Source: a virus
Lineage: Duplodnaviria > Heunggongvirae > Uroviricota > Caudoviricetes
Reading direction: 5' to 3' (one strand)
Virus record (IMG/VR): IMGVR_UViG_3300031994_000056
DNA length: 64,000 bases
Of this stretch, positions 19,782 through 26,796 are shown piece by piece. The notes under the pieces were generated by a model. That model made no database searches. It saw nothing but the letters and a program-made list of their open reading frames with translations, and was not told the DNA's origin. A program made the position numbers and the translations under genes. Position 1 is the first letter of the stretch. Every line of letters begins with the position of its first letter.

Positions 19782-19984
19782 TGGTTATTAAAAACGGAAG
19801 TGCAATGAGTAAGAAAGATATATTTTATGATGAACTGCTACCAAAGCTTCGTCAAAAAATTATAGAAGAAATTATGGCTTTAGGTATGGATAAATTTCTT
19901 GATAGAGATGCACTTGAGTTAAGTTATAAATGTACAGATGGTCTATTCAATTATGCAGAACATATTCTAGAAGACGAAGAATAA
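19781..19984 (+). CDS. hypothetical protein
   Basis: 67 aa; ATGG overlap with the previous stop. Confidence 0.45.
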   Translation: MVIKNGSAMSKKDIFYDELLPKLRQKIIEEIMALGMDKFLDRDALELSYKCTDGLFNYAEHILEDEE

Positions 19985-19987
19985 ACC

Positions 19988-20017
19988 TTGACAAAAGTGT
20001 AATAAATATATTATAAT
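19988..20017 (+). promoter_or_regulatory. consensus promoter (TTGACA-18-TATAAT) at the head of the tRNA cluster
   Basis: ttgaca at 19988-19993 and tataat at 20012-20017. Confidence 0.6.
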
Positions 20018-20124
20018 TATTTCTGTAGTATACTATATGCTCACCACCTCCGCCTCTGCTTATATTAAAAGCTTTGATATAAGTTATGCGAAATAGAGGT
20101 TAGTTCTACATCTGGGGATTAAGA

Positions 20125-20284
20125 TGACAGCCTGGGCAATGATAAGTCCTTAGCAAGATGAATTCATCCCTGAAAGTAATCTAGGCTGGGTGGAAATAGA
20201 TTACTTACATGTGAAGCAGTAGCATTCAAGGTAATGCACCCAGCTGCAGATGGTAATATGTTGGTTCGATCCCAACCCTGTCAC
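20125..20284 (+). ncRNA. atypical tRNA-like element (acceptor halves about 160 nt apart; canonical T-arm at the 3' end)
   Basis: T-arm gttgg-ttcgatc-ccaac at 20260-20276 and 3' acceptor strand cctgtca; the only complementary 5' strand (tgacagc) lies at 20125. The insert holds the 12-nt perfect palindrome GATGAATTCATC. Confidence 0.3.
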
Positions 20285-20295
20285 ATGGAAATTAT

Positions 20296-20389
20296 GGAGG
20301 GATGGCAGAGTTGGTTTATTGCAGAGGTTTGCTAAACCTCCGTGGCAGTTGTAAAACTACCACCACTGGTCCGAATCCAGTTCCCTCCG
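20296..20389 (+). tRNA. tRNA-Ser (anticodon GCU), long variable arm
   Basis: Acceptor ggaggga/tccctcc, anticodon loop ttGCTaa, T-arm actgg-tccgaat-ccagt; 94 nt. Confidence 0.65.
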
Positions 20390-20397
20390 TTTTAATG

Positions 20398-20523
20398 TGA
20401 GGAGTAGTATAAATTTAAATGGCAGTACGTGGGTACCTCGTAAAATGTGGGACGCTTCCCTAGGATAGTAGAGGTAGATAAAAGCTCAGCCAAAATCCAG
20501 GTTCGATCCCTGGCTCTTCACCA
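20398..20523 (+). ncRNA. atypical tRNA-like element with a CCA-like 3' end and an insertion of about 50 nt
   Basis: T-arm ccagg-ttcgatc-cctgg plus ctcttca-cca at 20497-20523; the only complementary 5' acceptor strand (tgaggag) is at 20398; D-arm-like gtat...atac. Confidence 0.3.
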
Positions 20524-20615
20524 AATTTGTTCTTTAAAAATAAAAGAGTGGCGGAATAATATGGAGAGAATGTATGCCAGTATAGAGTGAAATTCTCTAT
20601 CTCTTTTATAATAGA

Positions 20616-20686
20616 TTCTTCCTCGTCCAACGGTAGGACATAGGTTTTTGGAACCTACAATTCTGGTTCGAATCCAGGGGAAGAAA
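20616..20686 (+). tRNA. tRNA-Gln (anticodon UUG)
   Basis: Acceptor ttcttcc/ggaagaa (U1:A72), D-arm gtcc-aacggta-ggac, anticodon loop ttTTGga, T-arm tctgg-ttcgaat-ccagg. Confidence 0.7.
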
Positions 20687-20688
20687 GT

Positions 20689-20760
20689 GCTACTGTGGCT
20701 CAATGGTAGAGCGCCTGCTTTGTAAGCAGGATGTTGGAGGTTCAAGTCCTCTCGGTAGCT
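20689..20760 (+). tRNA. tRNA-Thr (anticodon UGU)
   Basis: Acceptor gctactg/cggtagc, D-arm gctc-aatggta-gagc, anticodon loop ttTGTaa, T-loop ttcaagt. Confidence 0.8.
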
Positions 20761-20763
20761 TGT

Positions 20764-20807
20764 TTGCGATATAGCTCAATGGTGGAGCTTTATAATGTGG
20801 AGGTTAT
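20764..20807 (+). pseudogene. truncated tRNA fragment (5' acceptor and D-arm only)
   Basis: gcgatat-a-gctc-aatggt-ggagc reads as a tRNA 5' half, but no T-arm follows before the next tRNA. Confidence 0.3.
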
Positions 20808-20882
20808 TGGGAAGTAGCTCAATTGGTAGAGCGTTCGGCTGTTAACCGAAAGGTTTTGTGGGTTCGAAACCCACCTTCCCAG
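20808..20882 (+). tRNA. tRNA-Asn (anticodon GUU)
   Basis: D-arm gctc-aattggta-gagc, anticodon stem ttcgg/ccgaa with loop ctGTTaa, T-arm gtggg-ttcgaaa-cccac, acceptor cttccca. Confidence 0.7.
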
Positions 20883-20891
20883 TTTTAAATA

Positions 20892-20973
20892 GCAGGTATA
20901 GAGAAACGGCTCTCTCAGTAGGCTCATAACCTACCCTCGTAAGAGTAAGATGGGTTCAACTCCCACACCTGCA
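20892..20973 (+). tRNA. tRNA with a CAU anticodon (Met or Ile-lysidine), atypical long variable region
   Basis: Anticodon arm gtagg-ctCATaa-cctac, T-arm tggg-ttcaact-ccca, acceptor gcaggt/acctgc; a variable region of about 15 nt is unusual for a CAU tRNA. Confidence 0.45.
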
Positions 20974-20979
20974 ACCATT

Positions 20980-21053
20980 CCAGGAGTAGGATAATTAGCT
21001 ATTCCGCTCGCTTTGGGAGCGAGAGACTCCGTGTGCAAGTCACGGCTCCTGGA
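20980..21053 (+). tRNA. tRNA-Pro (anticodon UGG)
   Basis: Acceptor ccaggag/ctcctgg, anticodon stem ctcgc/gcgag with loop ttTGGga, T-arm ccgtg-tgcaagt-cacgg; a T-run follows. Confidence 0.6.
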
Positions 21054-21080
21054 TATTTTTATTTATACTGGAGTTAAAAA

Positions 21081-21353
21081 ATGACAGAAAAAACAATAGA
21101 ACAACAGTTAAAAGAGATTACAAATCTCACAAATTCGAATACAAAATTTACATATATTGAAGAAGATTCATCAGATTCTGCTATAAAATATAAAATTTTA
21201 ACAGATGATTCTCAAGAAAAGGTATTAAAAAAGTTAAAAAGATTTCAGAAATCTCATAAAATACTAAGTATTTCTTTCTCAACCAACACAAAATATTCAA
21301 AAATGTTTGACAGAGAGTATACGGAATATCATTTTTTTATACAATACTTATAG
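21081..21353 (+). CDS. hypothetical protein
   Basis: 90 aa; GGAG ribosome-binding site; last plus-strand gene before the minus-strand block. Confidence 0.45.
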   Translation: MTEKTIEQQLKEITNLTNSNTKFTYIEEDSSDSAIKYKILTDDSQEKVLKKLKRFQKSHKILSISFSTNTKYSKMFDREYTEYHFFIQYL

Positions 21354-21357
21354 TTTT

Positions 21358-21747
21358 TTAAATTCCGTTACCTAAATCTTGATAAAGTTCATCAAAATCT
21401 GCAAGAGATTGTATTGAATTATCAAGCATTATGTCAATATTATTGATACTTGTTTGTAAATTTTGAAGGTTCATATAAGATAAATCACGTACATTATGAT
21501 ATTTTGTCGTAAATTCTCCTATATATTTATCATAAAACTTACCATAAATAATCCAATCTTTTGGAAAAATATTGTAAATTAGTTGATCTATATTATTATA
21601 TTTTACGCCATATACGATAATATCACTAACATCATGTTTATAATATTGTCCAACTATGTGCATACATTTATTAAATGTATTTACATATTCACTAAACTTT
21701 GCGGTATTAAGGAGCATTATAGTCCCTCTCTTGTATGACATACCCAA
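21358..21747 (-). CDS. hypothetical protein
   Basis: 129 aa; last gene of the minus-strand operon. Confidence 0.5.
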   Translation of the reverse strand: MGMSYKRGTIMLLNTAKFSEYVNTFNKCMHIVGQYYKHDVSDIIVYGVKYNNIDQLIYNIFPKDWIIYGKFYDKYIGEFTTKYHNVRDLSYMNLQNLQTSINNIDIMLDNSIQSLADFDELYQDLGNGI

Positions 21748-22121
21748 GCATTGAGGTAATCTTTAGATACGGTTTTTATGGTGGTGGCATATATTACTTC
21801 ACTGGTAAGTTTTTCCAAATCTTTTAAATCTATATCATTTAAATTATAAAGGTCTCCATGGTAGAACACTTGAAGTTTATAATCAAGTTGTTCTGGTTTA
21901 AAGCTATACGATAATGCAATCTTTGCCAGATCAATCGGAAAGAAGTTTATAATATTACAATGGTACTTTCTTATATGATGACGTAATTTAAGTGTATTAG
22001 CTACTGTTATTTCATCTATAATATAGATATTATTATTCATAGGTGCTGGATCTATATATCTACTCCAATCCCAATGTGTCAATGCCATTATACACCTCTC
22101 CAGTGAAAATATTTTGGGCAT
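21717..22121 (-). CDS. hypothetical protein
   Basis: 134 aa; overlaps its neighbours. Confidence 0.5.
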   Translation of the reverse strand: MPKIFSLERCIMALTHWDWSRYIDPAPMNNNIYIIDEITVANTLKLRHHIRKYHCNIINFFPIDLAKIALSYSFKPEQLDYKLQVFYHGDLYNLNDIDLKDLEKLTSEVIYATTIKTVSKDYLNAWVCHTREGL

Positions 22122-22618
22122 GCATCACTAAGTGTTCTACTAGTATCTTTTGCCTGTGCCTGTATTATTTGGTACATAATAATAAACTCATGAAAGCTTA
22201 AATCTTCCAATCTTTTAATTGAATATGTATTAGTTTCTTCTACCTCAATATAACCGTCATAATAATATTTTTGTGTTGTTTTAAAACCAGCAGCCATAAA
22301 TACAGACATATCTCTAAGATCGCTTTCTTGAATTAGTTGTATGAAATACTGTTGTTCATCATTTTTATCAAAGACGAGATCCTCATTCATTTTATTGATT
22401 TCTTTTAGTTCTACTTGTTCGGTTATATTTTTAAACAGATCCAAGACTTTCCAGCATTCCATATTATTTATGAAATATTTATGTTCATTTAGTTTACATT
22501 GTGTAACACGTACAGGTATAAATTTATACATACTATCCGACAAACTGAACTGTATATCTCCAAATTTAGGTATAGTAACTTCTAGCATTTCATATTCCTC
22601 CGTTGCAAAAGCATACAA
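22088..22618 (-). CDS. hypothetical protein
   Basis: 176 aa; ends in RGV. Confidence 0.5.
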   Translation of the reverse strand: MYAFATEEYEMLEVTIPKFGDIQFSLSDSMYKFIPVRVTQCKLNEHKYFINNMECWKVLDLFKNITEQVELKEINKMNEDLVFDKNDEQQYFIQLIQESDLRDMSVFMAAGFKTTQKYYYDGYIEVEETNTYSIKRLEDLSFHEFIIMYQIIQAQAKDTSRTLSDACPKYFHWRGV

Positions 22619-22634
22619 TATTTAGGAATAAATG

Positions 22635-22958
22635 TCAAGTTTTTGCTCCGAATTCTTTTACAAGCCACAAGGCTTTACTATAACCCCAGATATCTCCCAA
22701 TGGTAAATCAAATCCGCTACATCCGTTCCAGTCTTTAAATTCTTTTAGATATTCTGGGACTGTTTTACTCAGTTCCGGGTACTTATCTTGTAGTGCTTTA
22801 AGTTTCTTGGCGAACTTATCGTACTGATAATCAGATATAATATTTGTATTGAGTCGGTAATATATAATGGAATGTACCAACACACACAGACGGAGTCTTT
22901 TGATTCCCTCCATGATTTTCCTTTCATCCTCGGTATATTTACGAATCTTTTCTTTCAT
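22635..22958 (-). CDS. hypothetical protein
   Basis: 107-aa ORF. Confidence 0.5.
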   Translation of the reverse strand: MKEKIRKYTEDERKIMEGIKRLRLCVLVHSIIYYRLNTNIISDYQYDKFAKKLKALQDKYPELSKTVPEYLKEFKDWNGCSGFDLPLGDIWGYSKALWLVKEFGAKT

Positions 22959-22961
22959 TTT

Positions 22962-23186
22962 TTATAATCCACAGATTGCAAGTATAATAAGGTACACACA
23001 TATAAACTTTACGCTGAGCACATCTTTAAGAAGTACAACTGCGCCTGCAAGTGTAAGTATACAAAGCCATCTATACATATTTATTTCCTCCCTGCCCCGT
23101 ACCATATAATCAGAGCCAAACAAATACATCCAAACATAAACCAAATCATACACCCTCCGTTTCTTCTGTAAGTATTTTAAATTCAT
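22962..23186 (-). CDS. small membrane protein
   Basis: 74 aa, two hydrophobic helices; overlaps the upstream gene by 41 nt. Confidence 0.35.
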   Translation of the reverse strand: MNLKYLQKKRRVYDLVYVWMYLFGSDYMVRGREEINMYRWLCILTLAGAVVLLKDVLSVKFICVYLIILAICGL

Positions 23187-23349
23187 CTAAATTCATGGTA
23201 AATTCTGTACCTTCTCCGATTATATAAAGATGCACTTTTTGTTTTTGCATATCATATTTAATTGGCATACACAATACATCTTCTTTAACCAGAAGCTCGG
23301 CAGTTGGAGTCATGCGAATTTGTATAGGTACTTTAACTTTTACAACCAT
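23146..23349 (-). CDS. small array protein ending in EGV
   Basis: 67 aa; member of the minus-strand small-gene array. Confidence 0.5.
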   Translation of the reverse strand: MVVKVKVPIQIRMTPTAELLVKEDVLCMPIKYDMQKQKVHLYIIGEGTEFTMNLDEFKILTEETEGV

Positions 23350-23380
23350 TAGAGTCCTCTAACCGAATCATATGTAAGTT

Positions 23381-23599
23381 TCATACACCCTCCTTAATTT
23401 CTTCGGTAATAAGTTTAAACACTTCGAGTGGAAGTATGAAGCTTTCTCCACCCCCAACGGGTTCAAGATACATATGATTTTCTGTATTCATATCATAGGA
23501 AACCCTATAGAATGTATTTTCGGGGATCATGGCGGTAGCTGTTCCACTATAACTATAACCAAATCCTTTAAAAATCGACGCTTTAAGTCTTACAATCAT
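23381..23599 (-). CDS. small array protein ending in EGV
   Basis: 72 aa; an 11-codon mini-ORF (MKLTYDSVRGL) bridges to the next gene through ATGA and TAATG overlaps. Confidence 0.5.
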   Translation of the reverse strand: MIVRLKASIFKGFGYSYSGTATAMIPENTFYRVSYDMNTENHMYLEPVGGGESFILPLEVFKLITEEIKEGV

Positions 23600-23600
23600 T

Positions 23601-23777
23601 CTAAACTCCTTTAATTAGTTCTTCGGAAAGTGGTGTGATATCTGCGATATATACAAAAAATTCCCGATTATCCAAACATACTTTGCAGTGCCAGCGACCA
23701 TCTTTTGTGGTCCCAAGAACTTCAAAAATCGTTCCTCTAGGTAATGTATATACATATCCGGTTATAACTCTATACAT
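23601..23777 (-). CDS. small array protein ending in KGV (58 aa, absent from the ORF track)
   Basis: MYRVITGYVYTLPRGTIFEVLGTTKDGRWHCKVCLDNREFFVYIADITPLSEELIKGV; its ATG lies 3 nt after the upstream stop. Confidence 0.5.
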   Translation of the reverse strand: MYRVITGYVYTLPRGTIFEVLGTTKDGRWHCKVCLDNREFFVYIADITPLSEELIKGV

Positions 23778-23780
23778 ATT

Positions 23781-24005
23781 CTAAACTCCGCCCTCAACTT
23801 TCTCTGACAGCCTTATTACTTCATCACCCCATAACCATCCAGACTCCTCTGTCTTTAATGATTTTACTTTTATTTGACATATATTCCTATCCAAAATCTT
23901 AATGGTATCTCCTCTTTTTAACCATCCGATATCTACAGTAACCACTCTTAATTGCCCTTTTATGCGCTTACGTTCTCTTTCTATTGCTTTTAAAAGTTCA
24001 TCCAT
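23781..24005 (-). CDS. small array protein ending in GGV
   Basis: 74 aa; 3-nt spacing to its neighbours. Confidence 0.5.
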   Translation of the reverse strand: MDELLKAIERERKRIKGQLRVVTVDIGWLKRGDTIKILDRNICQIKVKSLKTEESGWLWGDEVIRLSEKVEGGV

Positions 24006-24008
24006 ATA

Positions 24009-24230
24009 TTAAACACCCTCTTCTAATATATCCATATAATCTGTAAAATCTTCTGTAGGTATCCTAAATATATCATGTGAATTCATTATATTCTGTATTT
24101 CTATGAAACTGTCAGATATACTTAAAGTTTCATATAAAGTACCCTTGGGTATCTGTACTACGACGATATCTATACCAGTAGGATCTGTACCAATAGGTCT
24201 AAAATAAATACATTTTGTTATACATAACAT
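24009..24230 (-). CDS. small array protein ending in EGV (start moved to the internal ATG)
   Basis: The ORF track begins at TTG 24266, but TTGTATAAT there is the -10 of an internal promoter. GGAGGT and the ATG at 24230 give MLCITKCIYF... Confidence 0.45.
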   Translation of the reverse strand: MLCITKCIYFRPIGTDPTGIDIVVVQIPKGTLYETLSISDSFIEIQNIMNSHDIFRIPTEDFTDYMDILEEGV

Positions 24231-24257
24231 ATATACCGGTTTACCTCCATAAACCGA

Positions 24258-24287
24258 ATTATACAATACTTCCTATCCAAGTGTCAA
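24258..24287 (-). promoter_or_regulatory. internal consensus promoter on the minus strand (TTGACA-18-TATAAT)
   Basis: Minus-strand ttgacacttggataggaagtattgtataat; GGAGGT ribosome-binding site downstream. Confidence 0.5.
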
Positions 24288-24377
24288 TACTTATACATAA
24301 AGTCGTACGACTAAATGTATAAACAAACCATAAATTCTAATGACTAATTGGTTTTAACCCAAGTATGTTTAGGTTCA

Positions 24378-24584
24378 TTACACACCTTCCCAGATTCTAT
24401 GTACATAACTTGGATCTCTAAACTCTTCATAAGAAAGATGTAGCCGATGGTATTCATTTAGCACACTAACCAGGTTCGCCGAATAATTGTCGGATATGTC
24501 AACTCTCATGACGGTACCTTTCGGTATCATATAGCTATCACGAAAACCTCCCATATATAAATTACGTGTAGTTATACAAAGCAT
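24378..24584 (-). CDS. small array protein ending in EGV
   Basis: 68 aa; a 13-codon mini-ORF (MNLNILGLKPISH) overlaps its stop (TAATG). Confidence 0.5.
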   Translation of the reverse strand: MLCITTRNLYMGGFRDSYMIPKGTVMRVDISDNYSANLVSVLNEYHRLHLSYEEFRDPSYVHRIWEGV

Positions 24585-24587
24585 ATT

Positions 24588-24791
24588 TTACACTCCTTTC
24601 CCATTAACAATTGCTTTTCTTATCCCTTTTATATACCTTAATACCTTCTGATAAGCTTCAATTACTTCCTTATCGGTAGTCTGTAACAGTTCCCTTTCTA
24701 TAAATGCCTTTATATCATCACATACAGCTATCTCATCTGTATAAGTATACGGGCTTTCATTATCAAAAAGATCATCATATAATATACTCAT
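24588..24791 (-). CDS. small array protein ending in KGV
   Basis: 67 aa; AAAGGAGTG at its 3' end serves as the ribosome-binding site of the next gene. Confidence 0.5.
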   Translation of the reverse strand: MSILYDDLFDNESPYTYTDEIAVCDDIKAFIERELLQTTDKEVIEAYQKVLRYIKGIRKAIVNGKGV

Positions 24792-24803
24792 ATTACCTCC
24801 TAA

Positions 24804-24893
24804 TTAATCCAACAGTTTAAGTATAAGTATACAAACTACACCAGCTATACAAACCATACAAATACCACCAAATATAGATTCGGCTATTGTCAT
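24804..24893 (-). CDS. 29-aa hydrophobic peptide, first gene of the minus-strand operon
   Basis: TAAGGAGGGG ribosome-binding site then ATG: MTIAESIFGGICMVCIAGVVCILILKLLD. Confidence 0.35.
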   Translation of the reverse strand: MTIAESIFGGICMVCIAGVVCILILKLLD

Positions 24894-24925
24894 ACCTAGC
24901 CCCTCCTTATATATTAACTATCCGA

Positions 24926-24955
24926 ATTATACAATAATCCAAACTAAAATGTCAA
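24926..24955 (-). promoter_or_regulatory. consensus promoter on the minus strand (TTGACA-18-TATAAT) for the divergent small-gene operon
   Basis: Minus-strand ttgacattttagtttggattattgtataat. Confidence 0.6.
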
Positions 24956-24989
24956 GGGAAATTTATTTTCTCGGGATGTAAAAAAGGCA

Positions 24990-25145
24990 GACGGTTTGGG
25001 AAATTCAAAATCCGTACACGTGCTACATAAGTAAACTATCCAGACAGATTGGAAATTTCGAAATCCGTACATGCGTTCTATATAAACTATATGGTTAAAA
25101 AAGGCGTACGAAAGGGAAAAATCAAAAACCAGACACGCGTTCTTA
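24990..25145. repeat. three imperfect direct repeats of about 60 bp (GGGAAATTCAAAATCCGTACACGYG...TAAACTAT)
   Basis: Copies start near 24999, 25050 and 25113, each preceded by AAAAAAGGC(A/G)(G/T)ACG; they sit in the divergent region between the minus-strand promoter and the gene at 25311. Confidence 0.6.
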
Positions 25146-25310
25146 AAGGGGCAATGACCGCTTAAAGAGGGGGGACCTTCCCCCAAGCGTATCTTACACC
25201 GGAAAAACCCTACCTACCTGGGTCATTTACCTAGTATATACTAAGTAATACCTGGTATAGGCGGGTTATTAATAATGGGGTGGCGCCCCTTACCAGCCAA
25301 GGAGGACATC

Positions 25311-25754
25311 ATGTCCAATACAACAACCTTCCAAGTTCTTAAGAACTTGGTGTTCACTGCTGACATTACAGCAGCATCTTTGGAGACTAAAGTTTCCAGA
25401 AAGACAGGTACTTCGTACCAGCAGTTCAGTACGCCTATTTATTTAGGTGGAGTAAGAGCAGGAGACATTACAGCCTTCGTACCTAAAGCTCCAAAATTGG
25501 TACTCAGAGATGGTGAGTATAAACCCGTATTTATACTTGACTATGAGTATAAAGCATGGGTAAGCTTAAAGGAAGAAGACCTCGGAGACTACAAGATGTT
25601 CTACGAAGGTGACCAGAATCAGCACCACGTAAAAGGCTATTCCAAAGGTGGAATAACCATCTGGGCTTATACGGATATCCAGGATAAGAAAGAAGCTGGA
25701 TTGATAAGAGCTCAGATCGTTCTCAGAACCAGAGGCTTTGCAACCGCAAAGTAA
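25311..25754 (+). CDS. hypothetical protein in the GC-richer island
   Basis: AAGGAGG ribosome-binding site then ATG (MSNTTTFQVL...); about 45% GC against about 28% elsewhere; no motif recognised. Confidence 0.5.
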   Translation: MSNTTTFQVLKNLVFTADITAASLETKVSRKTGTSYQQFSTPIYLGGVRAGDITAFVPKAPKLVLRDGEYKPVFILDYEYKAWVSLKEEDLGDYKMFYEGDQNQHHVKGYSKGGITIWAYTDIQDKKEAGLIRAQIVLRTRGFATAK

Positions 25755-25807
25755 GGTAGGAGCACTGACCAAACCCATCGGCTTCGGTGGGTTTGGATGA
25801 GTGCTTT

Positions 25808-25917
25808 GGAACCTGTAGCTCAGTGGCAGAAGCTTGAAGTGCTCCCTGAAATAACGGGATACAACCGTAACACATGTCCAACGGTGACCCTGGTTCGATT
25901 CCAGGCAGGTTCCACCA
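25808..25917 (+). ncRNA. tRNA-like RNA with an encoded CCA and an extra internal stem-loop (about 110 nt)
   Basis: Acceptor ggaacct/aggttcc then a-CCA; D-arm agct-cagtggcaga-agct; T-arm cctgg-ttcgatt-ccagg; no canonical 7-nt anticodon loop; preceded by the 10-bp hairpin aaacccatcg-gctt-cggtgggttt. Confidence 0.4.
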
Positions 25918-25938
25918 AAATCTCAAAAGGAGGTTATT

Positions 25939-26103
25939 ATGAAAAAATTGATAAACCTATTTTTTATAGTAGGTGCAATAATTATTTATGGCTTAATAGT
26001 TGGAGCGTTCTTTCTGGGAAATGCAAGTGAAATACTATTCCTTATGCTCGGTTTCCTGGGCGGAATCTATATCGCACTTTATTTGACTGTAAAATATTTA
26101 TAG
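25939..26103 (+). CDS. small membrane protein (54 aa, absent from the ORF track)
   Basis: AAGGAGG ribosome-binding site; MKKLINLFFIVGAIIIYGLIVGAFFLGNASEILFLMLGFLGGIYIALYLTVKYL. Confidence 0.45.
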   Translation: MKKLINLFFIVGAIIIYGLIVGAFFLGNASEILFLMLGFLGGIYIALYLTVKYL

Positions 26104-26119
26104 GTAGAAATAATAATCA

Positions 26120-26151
26120 CCCGAGAATATTGACATATCCTTGGGTTTTTT
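26120..26151 (+). terminator. possible intrinsic terminator
   Basis: cccgag ... cttggg stem (G-U wobble) with a 14-nt loop, then tttttt. Confidence 0.3.
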
Positions 26152-26464
26152 GGTAAGCTATTTAGAATGATAAGAATGTTTCCAGAGATTCTTCTGCGGA
26201 ACAATCAAGCGTTTACCGCCTGTCCTATAGCTCGTTACTAGCCTAAGAGTAAGATTGTCAACCCCGACTTACGTGAATACATCTTTCTACATTCACCACT
26301 TATCGTATATGGCTCCACGTCTTTCGATTGATTTTTCAATGTTTTTCTGAGTTTGAAATTATTAACTTATCTCAACTAAGTTCCTTTATCAAAGGTGTGA
26401 AACTTAGAAAAGCACGCTGATACAAAGTGTGCAATTATGATATATTTGTCAAGGGAGGTATGTT

Positions 26465-26617
26465 ATGTTTAAAAGGTATATTATATACGCTCGTAGTGAA
26501 GAACGCACAGATTATGTAACGGAGTTCCGCACTCAGGAAAGTGCAGAGAAGTTCATACAAGATAAAGCTCACGAGTTCCAGGGATGTGAGCTTTATTGCG
26601 TTGTGAAGCATTATTAA
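26465..26617 (+). CDS. hypothetical small protein (50 aa)
   Basis: AAGGGAGG ribosome-binding site; MFKRYIIYARSEERTDYVTEFRTQESAEKF... Confidence 0.35.
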   Translation: MFKRYIIYARSEERTDYVTEFRTQESAEKFIQDKAHEFQGCELYCVVKHY

Positions 26618-26623
26618 AGGAGG

Positions 26624-26758
26624 ATGGAAATGATAATAGTATTAAATGTAGTATTCGGAATTTTATTATTTTGTTACTGTCACTTTATTAACGGTCCAGT
26701 AACAAAAGCTCTAAAGGAGGAACTTAAAGCGTTGGAAGCAAAACGTGTTGAAAAGTAA
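26624..26758 (+). CDS. hypothetical small membrane protein (about 44 aa)
   Basis: AAAGGAGG ribosome-binding site; M(EM)IIVLNVVFGILLFCYCHF... Confidence 0.3.
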   Translation: MEMIIVLNVVFGILLFCYCHFINGPVTKALKEELKALEAKRVEK

Positions 26759-26796
26759 ACGCGTTTTGAAAATTTTGAAATCGACTTGCGATTTCT

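Noticed and set aside
20041-20523. tmRNA (T-arm plus CCA-like end; CACCACCTCCGCC string at 20043)
   Set aside because: No tmRNA-like 5' end (GGGG...acceptor), no tag-peptide ORF with a resume codon, and the region is too short. I kept it as atypical tRNA-like elements instead.
24944-25186. 80-aa minus-strand ORF covering the three 60-bp direct repeats
   Set aside because: It overlaps the minus-strand promoter and the iteron-like repeats, and has no ribosome-binding site. It is probably a chance ORF in GC-richer DNA.
25797-26030. 77-aa plus-strand ORF overlapping the CCA-ended tRNA-like element
   Set aside because: It would read straight through the acceptor, D-arm and T-arm structure. A proper small gene with AAGGAGG and ATG starts at 25939 in another frame.
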